Below, piece after piece: positions 25,002 through 39,502 of a stretch of 64,000 bases of DNA (position 1 is the stretch's first letter; each line of letters opens with the position of its first letter). The position numbers and the translations under genes were made by a program. The notes below the pieces were generated by a model that searched no databases, was not told where the DNA came from, and was given only the letters and a program-made list of their open reading frames with translations. Origin of the DNA: Octopus vulgaris (Eukaryota); contig OX597822.1 of the NCBI GenBank assembly GCA_951406725.2, positions 7,626,001 through 7,690,000 on the forward strand, given 5' to 3'.

Positions 25002-25842
25002 CAGGCTGCGATAGGTAAAAATCACCATTTTGTATTTTCTATTTGTGTATTGTTTGTTTTTGATTTTGTTGACTACACTGTAGTCGGTTCAGCCTGTGAG
25101 AAAAACAGCACGATGACGCAAATTATTCTGCCAGAATTTTGGAAACCACATGGTGTACTGCCTGGCATTCGCACCGAAAGTTCCAGTACTAACATTTCAT
25201 AGTATTTGGGTGTCAATCTGAGGACAGTGCAATCTCGGAACATGTATCGAGAGTAATGAAAATCAACAATCCAGTTAACATCATGGTGTTTGGAATGATC
25301 ACTACTGATCGCGACGTCATGCTTCCATTCATCTTTCTACGCAGCCTCACTCAGTACAAAGGCCTCCATCAAGTGCCTAGATGAGGTTGTGCTGCCCCCG
25401 GTCAAGAGGGTGGCTGCTGGAAGACCCTGTTTTGCAACAGGACTCTGTACCATGTCACATAAACAAGAGAACCCAGTCATGGCTGTCTGACAATTTCTGC
25501 GACTTCATTTCCTCTAAAATATGACCACCTATCGCCCCAGGTTGCAACCCCACTTCATAATTATGTGAGGGGTGCAGTTGAGCAAGACGCTACCAAACTC
25601 TTTTTAGCAGCATTATGGCAGCATTTACCATCTTAAACAAGGTGGCCGTCCAGAAGAATTGCAGGGGATTCTGAAGTCTTCTGGATGCCGTCGTTAAAGC
25701 CAATGGCGATATTATTGAATAAACTTACTCTTTAGTATTTGAAGATATTTTTATGTAATTTTGATGAAAATATCTGTTAAAATGAGAAGTCAGTTTTATT
25801 GTCATTTTTGCATAATTTAGATACATTATTTACCGCAGCCTG
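25002..25842 (+). mobile_element. Internally deleted DD37D/maT-type Tc1-mariner element
   Basis: TA-flanked termini CAGGCTGCG...CGCAGCCTG; remnants IMVFGMITTDRDVMLPFIF, QQDSVPCH, TQSWLSDNFCDF and a decayed WPPxSPDCNP motif. Confidence 0.8.
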
Positions 25843-27084
25843 TATACATGCATACACACATACGCACACATACATACATACCTACCTACATACATACATA
25901 CATGCTAATATATAAATGTATATACGCACACATATATTTATATAATTGCGTGTTTACATAGGCATATATGCGTGTCTGTTAGAGTGATTATTCTGAGTGT
26001 TGAGGAAAGAATATTCAGCTGCGTGCCAACGCTACTAAATAGACGATGTAATAAATGGGGAGTAAGTTAACAAAATAATACCTTGGGGAAAATCTATTTA
26101 TTGCCAATTTCGGATTACGTTTGGTCAATAATTCATCAAGCCACCCACACGGACGCACGTACTCATATAAGGCGTAAGATACTATAGTACCCGTATGGTT
26201 AATTATATTAAATTTTGAACTAATTACACTTCGGTAATATTTATGTTAGATTAATATTTAGTTTCTGAACATCTACGCTTTTGATAAATTATGTAATAAT
26301 ATTTCACGAGTAATGATGATTGCTGCCTTTATAAATTACATACCATAGGAAGATAAACGTAGAAGATAATTATAACTTAATTAACTGACGCCCCCTTAAG
26401 AGTTTCTCTTCTTTATCATGTTTCTTACAAACTCAATATAGAGTAGAATGATATTTCATCTGTTGTAAAATTATATACAGCGTAATTCTGATTGGATTTG
26501 AATTATTTAATTAATTTCTTGATTAAATAATTAATAATTGAATAATAATAACTACTGTCATTTATAATACATACTTGTGATATACTCAAGCATACGTAAG
26601 ATTTGTTTAAACAAATTTGTATAATCATTTTCAACTTGGCACATAAGTGTGTTTTACTTATTAACATGGTAATTTATCTACATGCACGCAAGCATACAAG
26701 AAACTATTTCCGCATATATGTACACACGCATACACACAGACACATATATACACACACACGCGCATGCACACACGAGCGCACATACACATATATGTATATT
26801 TGTATAAACAAGGCAAATAGATTTTATTACTTTCGATTTAAATAATAAATCAGTTCTGTTAATTGTTTTGCTGTCTTCTTCTCCTCGGCATTTTTCTCCC
26901 AAATATATTGGCGACCGCCAACAATCTTCCACTGACCATAACAAGTTAGTAAGATTTCTTTACCTATTTATCCCTGACTACCTGATGTCAATATTGTTCA
27001 GCCTGTAGTATGAGCCTGTAGTATGAGCCAACAATGGCCTAAGTTTGATGACAAAAAATAGATGACCAAGTTCGGTAATGATTT

Positions 27085-27295
27085 CTACTAAAGACACAAG
27101 GCCTGAAATTTGAAGGAAGGAGACGAGTCGATTATACCGAGCCCAGTGCGTAGATGGTACTTAATTTATCGATCCCCGAAAGGATGAAACGGAAAAGTCG
27201 ACCCCGGCGTCATTTCAACTCAAAACGTGAGTTCAGACAAAATACTGCTAAGCCTTACGCCCAGCGTGCTAACGATTCCGCCAGCTGGACACCTT
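27085..27295 (-). mobile_element. SINE family C copy
   Basis: GGTACTTAATTTATCGATCCCCGAAAGGATGAAA..AAGTCGACC...GCGTGCTAACGATTCCGCCAGCT. Confidence 0.75.
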
Positions 27296-27920
27296 TGTTC
27301 GCTAATAAAGCGACTCTAACCACATTTCTCTATACGCTTTTATTTGGCAGTTGGTTTGTTGCAGTACGGAGGAAGATGTCGTGTTTGTTCCCTGTGTTTT
27401 CAGGCGATCGATTGATACGGTTGAACCAGGAAATCACAAAAAACCCATGTCTGAACTAACTGTAAACTATTAATAAATAAATGTATGTAACCCATTATAT
27501 CTGTTTATTTTCAGTATCAATGTAAAAACACATCTTCTTAAACGTTATCAGAATCATGGGCTTACAATGTTATTTGGTGACGGACTTTGATGTCGGATTA
27601 CTGGGAGTAAAATTCCGATCGCATAACTTCTTTTTTAACCTGGTGTATTTTTATGTACAGAGAGCTTAAGAAGCAGTCTTCCTTCGATACTAATCCCTTA
27701 TTAATCCCTCTTTGATTCGATACATATTTATACATATGTACATATATACACGCACATACATATATACGCGCGCGCATACACACATACACACACATACACA
27801 CACACACGCGCGCGCATAAATGTCTATTTATATGGTCATATATACATTCATGTTGCAATTGATTCCAAGCACATCTGTCTGCTATTTATATCAGGTATAA
27901 ATTCTTGTTAGCTTGTATTA

Positions 27921-30047
27921 CACCGGACAACATAGATTTTGCTGCTGGGGTAAAAGCAGGTGTTTTGGACTAAATCGGGAATGCTGATTCTGAATCCGCT
28001 AGAATTGTTCTATCACGACAGGATCTTGAGTTAAGCTCATGCGCAAGATTATAATTATAATTTCGGCTAGATATAAGCCGTATTATAAAATTTGCTAAAA
28101 TGAAAGCGGTCTTAATTGAAAATTTAAGAAATAACAGCAATAAATCAAACGATAAGAAATGTCATTATTAAGTTTAGATGGCGCTGACGTATTGTTTGCA
28201 AGCGCCAAATACGTCAGTTTGTTCTTGGTAACCCTCAGTCTCGTTTGCCCTGTCATCACATGTGCTATGTATATCTCTCGCTCTGCGTCATCACTGTTTC
28301 AACTGTGTTCATTGCGTTAGATCATGAATAGGAGAGACTGTGTGAATCACCCAGACAACTTTTGTTATGACCGTAGAAAATTGCCCCGCGTGACCAGCGG
28401 GGCAACATAGTCACCAAATTAAAAATTGCTTATAAATATTATTTCGGATGTAAAATGAGGGACCAAGACAAGAAGTGGGAACCTCATATATGCTGCACTG
28501 TATGTTACTCAGGGCTTACACAGTGGATGAATGGAATTCGGAAGGTAATACCTTTTGCTGTAATAATGGTATGGCGTGAGCTAAGCAATCGTGTCTATGA
28601 TTTTTACTTTTGCATGAAAAATAGTAGTGGTTTCTAAAAGAAGACCAAAGCGAAAAAATTGTGCATGCAGTTTGTAAGACGACTCTAAAACCTGTCCCAC
28701 ATGACTTCGAAAATCCTGTCCCAGTTCTCCTCTCACATGCTTCATTTGAAATTCATGAGACGTCGCACTCTCCTATCGAAGAAGAGTACGTAAGTGATTC
28801 TAAGAAAAATGAGCCATGCTAGTTTAATCAAGAAGATTTGAACGATTTAGCAAGAGACCTAGCATTGTCAAAGGAACAATGGAATCTCCTACAGGAAGGT
28901 ACGAACATTTCCATTTTCTGTTCTCGTTATAAAGGCTTATCTCGCTTTTTTCAAGCAAGGAAATAATGCCTGTTCCTGTACTGGCCTTAATGCAATCATG
29001 CAATAACTAGGACACACGCATGCGGCTAACGAATGGAGGTTGCTTATAGTCGCGAGTAAGGTTAGCCTCAAAGCTTTGTTGTCACATAATGGTAAGAAAA
29101 AGCTTAGATTCCTGTGGTACATGTTGTCAGTATACCAGAAACATATGAATCGATAGAACTCTTTCGGAAATGAGTTTATTACTCAGTTCACAAGTGGAAT
29201 ATTTCTGGTGATATAAATGTGATTTACCACATCTTAGGAATGCAGCAAGGATATGTGATTCTTGCGTGTTTGGAACTGCCGCAACGACAGGAATCATTAA
29301 ACTGTAACAGACTGGCCTAAAAGAGATGAGCGCATAGCCACTGGTAGACCCATAAAATATCTTTCTTCCACCCCTTCACATCAAGCTTTGTCTCATGAAA
29401 GGCTTCATTGGACGTGAGATCAGAGAATTGATATCTGATAGCAAATTCAGAGGTAAACTGAATCCAGTTGAGCTGACGGCATGGAATTCATATGTTAGTT
29501 GTACAGAACTTTCTTTAAAATCATAGAGTTGAAAACTACGCTGATTTAATATATAGCATGCTAACAATGTATGAAAGAATGGGATGCCGAATGTCCCTTA
29601 AATGCATTACTTGCATTCTCATCTCGATTTTTTCCCACGAATCTTGTTGCCGTTAGTGATGAGCATGGTAAGAGGTTCGCCAGTTCAATCCACACATGAT
29701 GCTTGACTACTGTTGGTTCCTACAACGCGAGAACAGCACGATGCATGATCGCAAGAGCAAGAGCAAGTGTCTCAAACATTTCTGAACTGAGCATTCCCTT
29801 AACATAAATATACTATGTAACATTGCAGTATAATATTATTTGCCTTGAACATAAATTTACTATATACAGTACTAATGTACTATTATAATAATTATTTAAC
29901 TTGAACTTAACTATTCGTGATTCTAATATAGTGTTAATACATAATTATGCGCATAACTCAAACTCCTGACATGCTACAGCAATTCGAAGTTCAGATTAGG
30001 AATCGGCGTACTCGATTTATTTTGGTACAGCACCATTTGCCTGGGTG
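27921..30047 (+). mobile_element. Chapaev3-like DNA transposon with decayed transposase (about 28324-29785)
   Basis: CAC...GTG termini (CACCGGACAA / TTGCCTGGGTG), preceded by TTA; motifs CVNHPDNFCY, YFGCKMRDQDKKWEPHICCTVC, VWRE..DFYFC, LPPLHIKL, HYLHSHLDFFP, AVSDEHG, MLDYCWFL. Superfamily assignment is from memory of Chapaev3 motifs. Confidence 0.7.
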
Positions 30048-30129
30048 TTTTTAACGTTTACAATCTATTTGGCTAAAATACACTAATGTTTTTTTCCCCC
30101 TTTCTCATATATTTCGTGCTCATAATACT

Positions 30130-30345
30130 TTCAAATTTTGGAACATGGCCAAAAATTTCGGAGGAGCAGGTGAGTTTCTGGGATGAGAGTTAGTCAATTG
30201 CATCAACCTCAGTGTTGAACTGGGACTTATTTTATGGACCCCTGAAAGATGAAAGGCAAAATTGACCTTGATTGAATTGTATCCCTGAACGAAAAGAATG
30301 ACCTATTTTGCCCTGCGTGCTGTAGATTCTGCGATCTCACCGCCT
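30130..30345 (-). mobile_element. SINE family C, degenerate
   Basis: GACTTATTTTATGGACCCCTGAAAGATGAAAGGCAAAATTGACC. Confidence 0.6.
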
Positions 30346-30529
30346 TATTTCGTGTCTATTATTATGAAACACGTTTAACTTGCACCAATTAATCCGCAGG
30401 TAATATATTTTCTATGAAGTATTGAGCGAGAAATTTTATTCATATGTTCATACCCTTGGTACGCTTATTCATCCACACACCTGCAATTAGTAAAACAATA
30501 ATGTTTTTGAATGATATGATAACACATAT

Positions 30530-31745
30530 AACTTAATCTTGGTCCTCCTCCGCCGAGTGACGCATTGGGTGGTAAGGTTTCGGGAGCGGCGATTTCAGCT
30601 TCATCCCATGAAACATCAATGGTTTTGAGGTAATCAATGAAGGTGCGGTACCAAGTCGCTTTTAGCCTCTCTTGTTTACACTTGTCATGTGTGGCATCCA
30701 CAAAATAGCGGTGACGATGTTAAATTGGGGGACGGGGCCTGCGAATCGCAATGACAACCTCATGGAGTGGACGGATATCAGCTCACCGATGTATCTTGTT
30801 GTTGGTGATGTGTTCTGGGTATGATATTAGTAGTATCCGCCGGAGGTATCTTAGCTGAAATGCATTGATCATTCGCGCAATCTTTGCCAATGTTTTCCAT
30901 GTTTCCACCGCGTATATTGCCGATGGTATCATGGTGCTGTTGAAGAGCCGCACTTTGCTCTTGGTGGAGATCGGCCTGCTTGCCCAGATGGGTTTGCGTC
31001 TTTGAAAGACAGCCGATGCCTTCCCAATCCGGCAAGCAACGTCTCGTTCTGAGTCTCCGTTGTTGACCACGTCGCTGCCCATGTAGGTAAACCCATGAAC
31101 TTCATCGAGTTGGTGTTGTCCAATGATGAAGAGGACACGATAATTGTTCCCATCGATATATCCAATCGCCATGATCTCCGTCTTCTTTGCACTTATACAG
31201 AGTCCGGTCATAGCCGCCTCCCGTTCCAATCTCTCTGTCATCGGTGAAGTCGCGGTCAGCCAGGCGCCCCGCCCAACACCACGGAATCTCGAATCTGCAT
31301 AGTCCCGCTTATGACGAAGTCGATTGCCATAATAAATAGGAGAGGGGATACAATGGACCCTTGCCGTACACCGGTCTCAATGACAAAGTAGTCGGTATAG
31401 CCCATGTCCGTTCGAATGCAGCACCGAGACTCGCTGTAAATGCTCTGAAAGACGTCGACAATACGCTCGGGAATGATGAAGTCACGAGCGATGCACCGCA
31501 ATGAACTCCGGTGTTCGCTGTCCAATGCTTTGACAAAATTAATTTTAAATGATTGATTGCCATTGCTGATATTCCAGGCTTTGTTCGATAATTTTGCGCC
31601 ACGTGAAGATTTGTTCATTGCACGACCGCCCGCATCGTGCCTCTTCTCGGAGCCTCTCCTCCACCACTCGTTGCAGCCGTCTTAAGAAGACGATACCGAA
31701 GACCACCTTGGGGACAGATAGAAGCCTAATTCTTCTCCAATTATT
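30530..31745 (-). pseudogene. 5'-truncated RTE-clade LINE, reverse transcriptase remnant
   Basis: NWRRIRLLSVP, FVKALDSEHR, TGVRQGSIVSPLLF, FTYMGS, RIGKASAVF, YAVETW and RYLRRIL motifs across frameshifts; YADD segment missing; GC-rich block. Confidence 0.9.
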
Positions 31746-33046
31746 GCAATTAACACATATAACATTGATGATTATGTATATATATGCATAAATTTCATAA
31801 ATAATAATATTTTTTTACTAAATTCTTAGAATACAGAAAGAAGAAATCTATAATGTTAATATTTCAACTAAGACTGATATTACTGGAAGAACGGGCAGTG
31901 CATTTCTAAAAGAAATTGGGATAAAAACAAATAAGATGTGCATCAGTAATAACTTTTCTACATTTCTGTCTTTCGATGAATATATTTCTAAGAATATTCA
32001 TTGCGGAATTATTTTAGCTATTCGGTGCCTTACATAGTATATTCTGTCTTCTGCTACTTATACTATCAAAAGGAATATATAGTAATACATCAAATTACCA
32101 AAAGAAATGCAAGCTTGTGCATTACATTTGCATCAATGAATCGCCACACTTAACATTTATTTGAGATAAATAACTGGTATAAATGTATGACTAAGGTGAA
32201 CACAGATACATATACACACATGCAGCCAATTAACTTTTTGTACCAGAAATTTACATTGATTGAAGAGACTGTAACCAAGGATGGAACTCTAACATTGTTG
32301 TAACTTATGTTTTTAGCAGACGGCCTAATCCCATATATGATTTGATTATCTTACTATTTGCAACCCTGGAATACAATGAAGTAAGGTTGATATCAGTGAA
32401 ATCGGAATCTACTTTAACAAATTACACACCCTGTCATTCCCATACCCGTGGAAATTAGGTATTCACTCTTTCAAGTGTATTTTAATATTTGTATTTATAT
32501 ACAAATATTAAGGCAGTCCTGTCAACGTGTAAACATGCTATATCCTTACGTGCACCATGCACCGTATACTTTGTCATTTGGTTAATGAACGCAACTCGTA
32601 ATCTGGCATCATATCTGGCACCATGTCTGGCTTATAAAAGATAGTAAATATGATATCAATTAAGCAATACCTGCTCTAGAAAACTTTAATTGTATTAACG
32701 GAAGTATTATTTATGTAACCCATTAACTGCGTAAGTTTTCTCATATATGTACAATCACACACTTTTGAAATATACTTTGTCATAAAATTCTCTCGGAGAA
32801 TACTACGTTGTTCATTCGAAAGTCTATAATCATCATTTACATATATGCGTATGTGCGAATCTATGTATGTATGTATGTATGTATGTATGTATGTATGCAT
32901 GTATGCATGTATGTATGTATGTATGTATGTATGTATGTATGTATGTATGTATGTATGTATGTATGTACGCATGCATGTATGTGTGTATGTACGTATATAT
33001 GTATATATGAATGTATACATATATATGTTTGTATATAATACATCTA

Positions 33047-33442
33047 TATGGTTGCAGCTGTGTGGTAAGAAAATTGCTTCCCAACCAAATGTTTCCGGGT
33101 TGAGTGATTACTACTATAGCCAAAATAGAAATCATAGGTAAATTTTACAAAATAATATTATAATTATATACATAATTATAGCAAGGGATTGGATTTACGA
33201 CTCTCCACGCACTGTAGAAATAGATGCTAAATGTCTTATTAGCACCTTAAAATCTCCGAGAATAACACACGCGGTTAACCGAAAAGTTGTTGATTCATTA
33301 CTTTTCTTTTGCTCGCCTGCACTATATCGTTATTCTCGAAGATTTTAAGGTAGTAATAGGACATTTAGCGTCTATTTCCCATGTGCATGGTGAGGCGTAA
33401 AGCCAATGCCTTGTTATAATTATGTACATAATTATAAAACTA

Positions 33443-33504
<62 letters not shown>

Positions 33505-33505
33505 A

Positions 33506-33572
<67 letters not shown>

Positions 33573-33800
33573 TGTGTGTGTATATGTATGGGTGGATTTG
33601 TGTTTGTCCCCCACCACCACTTGACAACCGGTGTTGGTGTGTTACGTCCCCACAACATAGTGGTTTGAAGAAAGTGACCGATAGAATAAGTACGAAACTT
33701 TTAAAAATATAAAGTTTTCGTGTCGTATTGTTTGAATTAAACCTTTCAAGGCGGTGCTCCGACATGACCGCAGTTGAATGACTGAAGCAAATAAACGGTA
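33047..33800 (+). mobile_element. Degenerate SINE family A pieces (head about 33047-33121, 3' part about 33590-33800) separated by a foldback and microsatellites
   Basis: GCTGTGTGGTAAG..GCTTCCCAACCA..TTCCGGGTT head and GTTTGTCCCC...GACCGATAGAATAAGTAC tail. Confidence 0.65.
33159..33436. repeat. Foldback element: ~108 bp inverted arms, 62 bp spacer
   Basis: 33159-33266 is an imperfect reverse complement of 33329-33436. Confidence 0.85.
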
Positions 33801-36046
33801 ACTGCTAAAGATAACTTTACACATTGTAAGAAGGAACCGATTCTTCTACATTAAATTCATACACATTCGCTTGGTGACACAGATTGCCGCGATTATAAAA
33901 TCTATGCTATAAATATTCGAAGCCTTGTGACAGTGTGAGGAATCAATGATACCACTTTAATGATTTCACATTGCTTTCCCAGCAATGAAAGTATGTTACA
34001 TGCCATAATCCATTAATTTAAAATATAAATGTAGAAATGATATTTTAAATGACATATACGCCATTAGTAATACCGCTGCAGCTGCTTGGAAAGATTTTAT
34101 GGAATACGTATGTTGGAAGTAAATTATTCAAACCAATATCGATTGCGGAATTATTCATAGACTTTCCAAATAATATATTCAAGTCAATTTAAATTTCATT
34201 TTATTGTTATTGAATTTACATGTGCATCATAGATACAATCCTTCAGTAGTATTAATATGTACTCAGTAAATTAGTAAAAATATCTTACTTTGGTAAGATA
34301 TTTTGGTAACACATTTTAGGAGACTGATAACAGGTATTACACTCTGTATCTAATTTTATTGTACTAGGTTTTATTTTATTGAATTAGAGTAGATTAAAAC
34401 AAAATTCGATATAGCGTCATTTGAATGAACAAATGTAAAGGAATTATTATAAACGTATTTAACTGAAGGGTATACAGTATTCGCCCATTTTCTACATTCA
34501 TTAATTAGAAGGATATATGGTTTACAATGCATATATCAATATCAGCAGATTGAACCTTCAAAATCTATCTCCGAAGGTATTCTAGCTGTAAAACACTGTT
34601 AGAAAAAAAAAACAAACCTACAGATACATTGTGCATTAGGATTTAGCATTTATATATAGCAGTATTTACTAACATTTATTAATTGAATTAACACATCGGC
34701 AAAATATCAGAAACTTATAAATGCGAATAGCTCGACCCAATTTATTTAAGCTCTTATCTATAGAAGGTATATCATTAGATTAGATGTAACTCAAGGGAAA
34801 TTTGAAGAATGCAATCAGTTGCTGTGAAGACTATACGCAGTACAGTTATATACTTTAAACATGTTTACAACTGCATATTGCATGCTGTTTGGATAAAAGC
34901 CTATGTATGAACTTTATTATTTATGTAATTACCAGTTTGTTAATTATTGCATCACAACTGAATATAAGGGGTACACATACAGTTATATATGTACAGGACC
35001 TTCTTGTGCGATTTGCAACCTAATATGAATTATGATATTTAAGAAACTGTGCTGCAAATGTGATATTAAATTTACTGCTTACCTTTCGTCAGAATATTGC
35101 GATTTCATAGTCAGTGTTTACATTGGCTCTTTTTCAATGGCCTGTCTATTTTCCTTCAAAGATATTCGTCGCCGAGGATAAATTGCTGGGTTATCGATTG
35201 TCAATTTATGAGCTCATTTACCGTTGTATGTACAAAACTACATCTACAACATGAATATTTATAGACAAAATGAAATATTTCGAAGTAAACTGCATGCGGA
35301 ATAGCATTAAAAGAAAAGTATTTTCAATTTAGTAAGTGTGCAACACGAGATTAATATCCTTTCTGGCACAAAACAATACCTTCCAGGCCGCAACCGGATG
35401 TTGCCGAAACTAAATTCACTAAGTTTGTTAGCTACATATGGAGCTTTGAACACCAACGGCACAGCGCATGCAGTCCAGTAGTGATATATTCTATATGTTA
35501 ACGTGTCAAAGAAATGCAAATTATGAGTAACTGAAAGATTACATATTCCTTCTAGATATAAGAATTCCATCATCTTACTGAATTCGAGATCCGAAATTGT
35601 CAGCAAATGCAAACATATGGACGAAAATATTTTATAGATTTGAAAGGCACCACTCTCTCCCAACTGAGCAGCTGTCTCGCAGAATTTGAATTCTACCGCA
35701 ACTAGCTTAATTATGGCTTTACTGTCAAAGGAGATATAGTTACAATTTTTTCTGAAATTTTCTTATTCTGTTTTTATTCACCCTTCCATATTTTGCATCT
35801 CCATTCTTTTCATTTTTCTCTCGATTTCGCTTGTACCAGTTTCCTGTAAGTTGAATAGACCATTGTCTCTATAACTGAACATTGCTTGGCGATCCGAGGG
35901 GAAGTAGCAATTATCCGCACTTTCGCTATAACATATCTATTGTTATCACACTGTCTTCTGTGCATGCTTATAGTTGATACTATTGTGATCACGAGATCGA
36001 AGTGTGAGCCTGATCGCGCTATTTTTTCTGGATCCCCAGTGTAAGC

Positions 36047-37050
36047 ATGGCCACTCCTCTAGCAAAGTGCACTAAAGAAGTACAAAGAGCAGTGATCCGA
36101 TCTCCTTGGTTGGAAGGTGTGTCAGGTGCGGAAATTCATCGGAGGCTTTTGTACATTACGAAGGCAGTGTACTACCGCGTAGAAGTGTGTATGAGTGGAT
36201 CAAGGCTTTTAAAAATGTCCGGACAAGCGTGATGCACGAAGAGGGTGCACGACGCCCGTCGACATCCACCACTGACAAGAAAATTCAACAAGCTCCAGAG
36301 ATGATAATGGTCAACCGGCGAGTTATCGTCAATGAAGTAACTCGTTTTCTGCGGATTATTCATGGTTCTGTCTATCAAATCATCCACAATGAGATTGGCT
36401 TCCATCACATCTCTATATGATGGTTTTTAAGAGAGCTTACTGCAGAGCACTAGCGTAAACGTTCTGAGGTCTGCCAACTTTTACGCAATTGCTACAACAA
36501 TGAGGCCAAGGAAATATTGAGCAGAATAGTCGCAGGAGATAAAAACATGGGTTCATCATTATGAGATAGACTCCAAAAGAGAGATAATGGAAGATGAAAA
36601 TCTTTGTTTTGCCAGCAACGGAGGCATTCAAGTCTCTGTCTTCAGCCGGAAAGTTGGTGCTAACCGTTTCTTCGCACTCAAAAGTGCCTATATGGAAATG
36701 GGGCGTACGAGGAACAGTGCAGGATACAGTGTTTTGCTGGTCAACAATCTGAAGCCAGCAATTCGCACCAAACGCCGAAGCCTAATGTTGAAGAGAAATT
36801 TGCTGCTGCATGACAATCCACACCTACACACGACCGCACAGACCATTGGAGCCATTAACCAATTGGGTTTTGAGGGGTGCTAGAACACCCTGCATGCAGC
36901 CCAGATCTCACCCTTTCCGACTATCATATCTTTGGACCATTCAAAGATGGTTTACGTGGTCGCCGATTTTCTACAGATGAAGATGTGACTGAAGCGGTGA
37001 ATAATTATTTGCACCCCTAACTGAAAATCATCTTCTTAGAGGGAATACGC
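36047..37050 (+). pseudogene. Decayed mariner transposase (near full length, TIRs not seen)
   Basis: QRAVIR..EGVSGAEIHRRL, VYEWIKAFKN, RIVAGDKNM, LLLHDNPHLHT, HPACSPDLTLSDYHIFGPFK. Confidence 0.9.
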
Positions 37051-37278
37051 AAATGCATCTTTCTACAACTATTTACTATTTATTGTAATTTATTGATTTT
37101 TAGAATAAGTTTTTTTATAGTATAGGTTTTCTATACGGTGTGAATAACATTTCGTCATTCAGTTATTTAATAGTTGTTTTTCTCTAAATTATATATACAT
37201 ATTTTATACATTGTGAAATTTGATTTTAAATTGTTAAACTGAATTTTTCCCTGTAAGTTTTGGAATTATATTCCCTAC

Positions 37279-37404
<126 letters not shown>

Positions 37405-38559
37405 TGATAGCTAAGTGAACTGATTGTATATATCACATTATTATTATATATATTATCCAAATTGCATTATTACAGTGAATTTGTACGAGACCAGTTGGAG
37501 CGAGCATTCGGATGATAGCAAATGTTACATGTATATACCCGCTGTGAATGCACCTAAAGTGAACAGTCATGAATTAGTCATTTACTTTGAACTATTTTTT
37601 GGTGTAAATTTTAATCCTATCAAATAACATTGGCAAACGGAATTATGTTTGTGTAGTAGCATTTCTTTGAATAATGTAGGTCATCGTATCACTTGTTCTT
37701 CTGAATACACAATAAATACGTTGTAGCTAAGATGTAAGGAGGAAGGACCGACATAATTTTGTGCAATGATGATTGTTAATGTACAATTAATGCAAGCAAT
37801 ATTTTATTCTGCACGTTAACACATGAATTTATACTGATTCTAATATATATTTACGTCACAGCATTTCTGCAAAAATTGCGCATATATATTAAAGTGTACA
37901 CAAATAAATATCTAGGTGATTAAATATGTTTCTGTGACGTTTGTATTCCATAATTAACACAAAAGAAAATCTGATGCTCTCAGGGTGCGAACAGGTGGAA
38001 ATATAATTCTATATTGAAATGTTATATACAATACTCCTCATTTATGCATAAGTGGCAAGCAACCTACTTCTTTATAAGTGGGTGTATTACAAAGAGAAAG
38101 ATAAAGATTATTTTTCACAATTTTCGAATATGAAAATTAGTTATGGCTTTATTTAAATATATTTTGATAGATAATGCGTCTTAATTTGTTACAGTCTAAC
38201 ATAGCGAGAAAAAAATATTGCAATATTCAAAACGGAAACGGAATCTGGAATATTTATTTTCTGTTCAATTTAAATGATCACGTGAATGTACATATACAGT
38301 TACAGAGCACGCTGGTACACTACACACATATAAGCGCATATATACTCAAAAATGTTGTGGTAAACATTTACCTAAGTGTACGATTTAACATGTTTGTGCG
38401 TAAATATGGCAGCTTAATTTGATTCTACAGGAAACACTTTTAATTCATGTTTGTTTTCCTACAGACATATACAAAGAGACACTCACATACATTTACATAT
38501 ATATGTGTGTGCATATATACATGTGTGTTCATATATTTACATATGTGTGCATGCATATA

Positions 38560-38626
38560 TATAGATAGGTAGATAGATAGATAGATAGATAACTAGATAG
38601 ATATATATATATAGATAGATAGATAA

Positions 38627-38657
<31 letters not shown>

Positions 38658-38658
38658 T

Positions 38659-38732
<74 letters not shown>
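38560..38732. repeat. (ATAG)n microsatellite
   Basis: Read directly from the sequence. Confidence 0.95.
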
Positions 38733-39266
38733 GTATATGTAACTATATACATACATGGATATATAAATATTCTCTTTCATGATATCAAATTGAGAAGTTA
38801 AATCCAGTTCCCGATAACTTTTCTCTAAACTAAACATTTGATCACCGCACCAAAATGTCATGGTATGACCGCTGGAACCGAATTAAGTATTCAGTACCAA
38901 AGACTGCGTGTGAAACAGTTCTAGTAACATTTATATACATGTGTGTATTTGTATGTGTGTATAAACAAAATTGAACACACACATAGGTTATCTCTATGCA
39001 ACTGGTGTAAAAATGCAGCTGAAAGTAAGTCACAGTCAAACGAGGCTCCTCACATCAAGTCCTTTCTCGGAGCAACAGGCGTCACGGTTTTCACTTCTAT
39101 ACATTACCCTTGCTAAATCGATTGAGCGCCTCTTGCCTTTGTTCACTCGACCGAACACACACACGAAAACACGCAGACTCTATTAGTAGCTGTTAGTAGT
39201 TCTTTCGGCGTTTTTTTCTTAACTGATATTTATCTCTCACTGGATGGAGTACTTCGTTTCTGAATT

Positions 39267-39316
<50 letters not shown>

Positions 39317-39431
39317 ATGTGTGTACATGTGTATGTATATATGTCCGAGTGTGTGTGTAAGTGTGTATATATACATATATATATATATACCTATATGCAT
39401 ATATACACGTGTGTGTGTGAGTATATATATA

Positions 39432-39502
<71 letters not shown>

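Noticed and set aside
35307-35663. 118 aa minus-strand ORF with a possible internal exon
   Set aside because: Weak splice sites and no recognisable protein motif.
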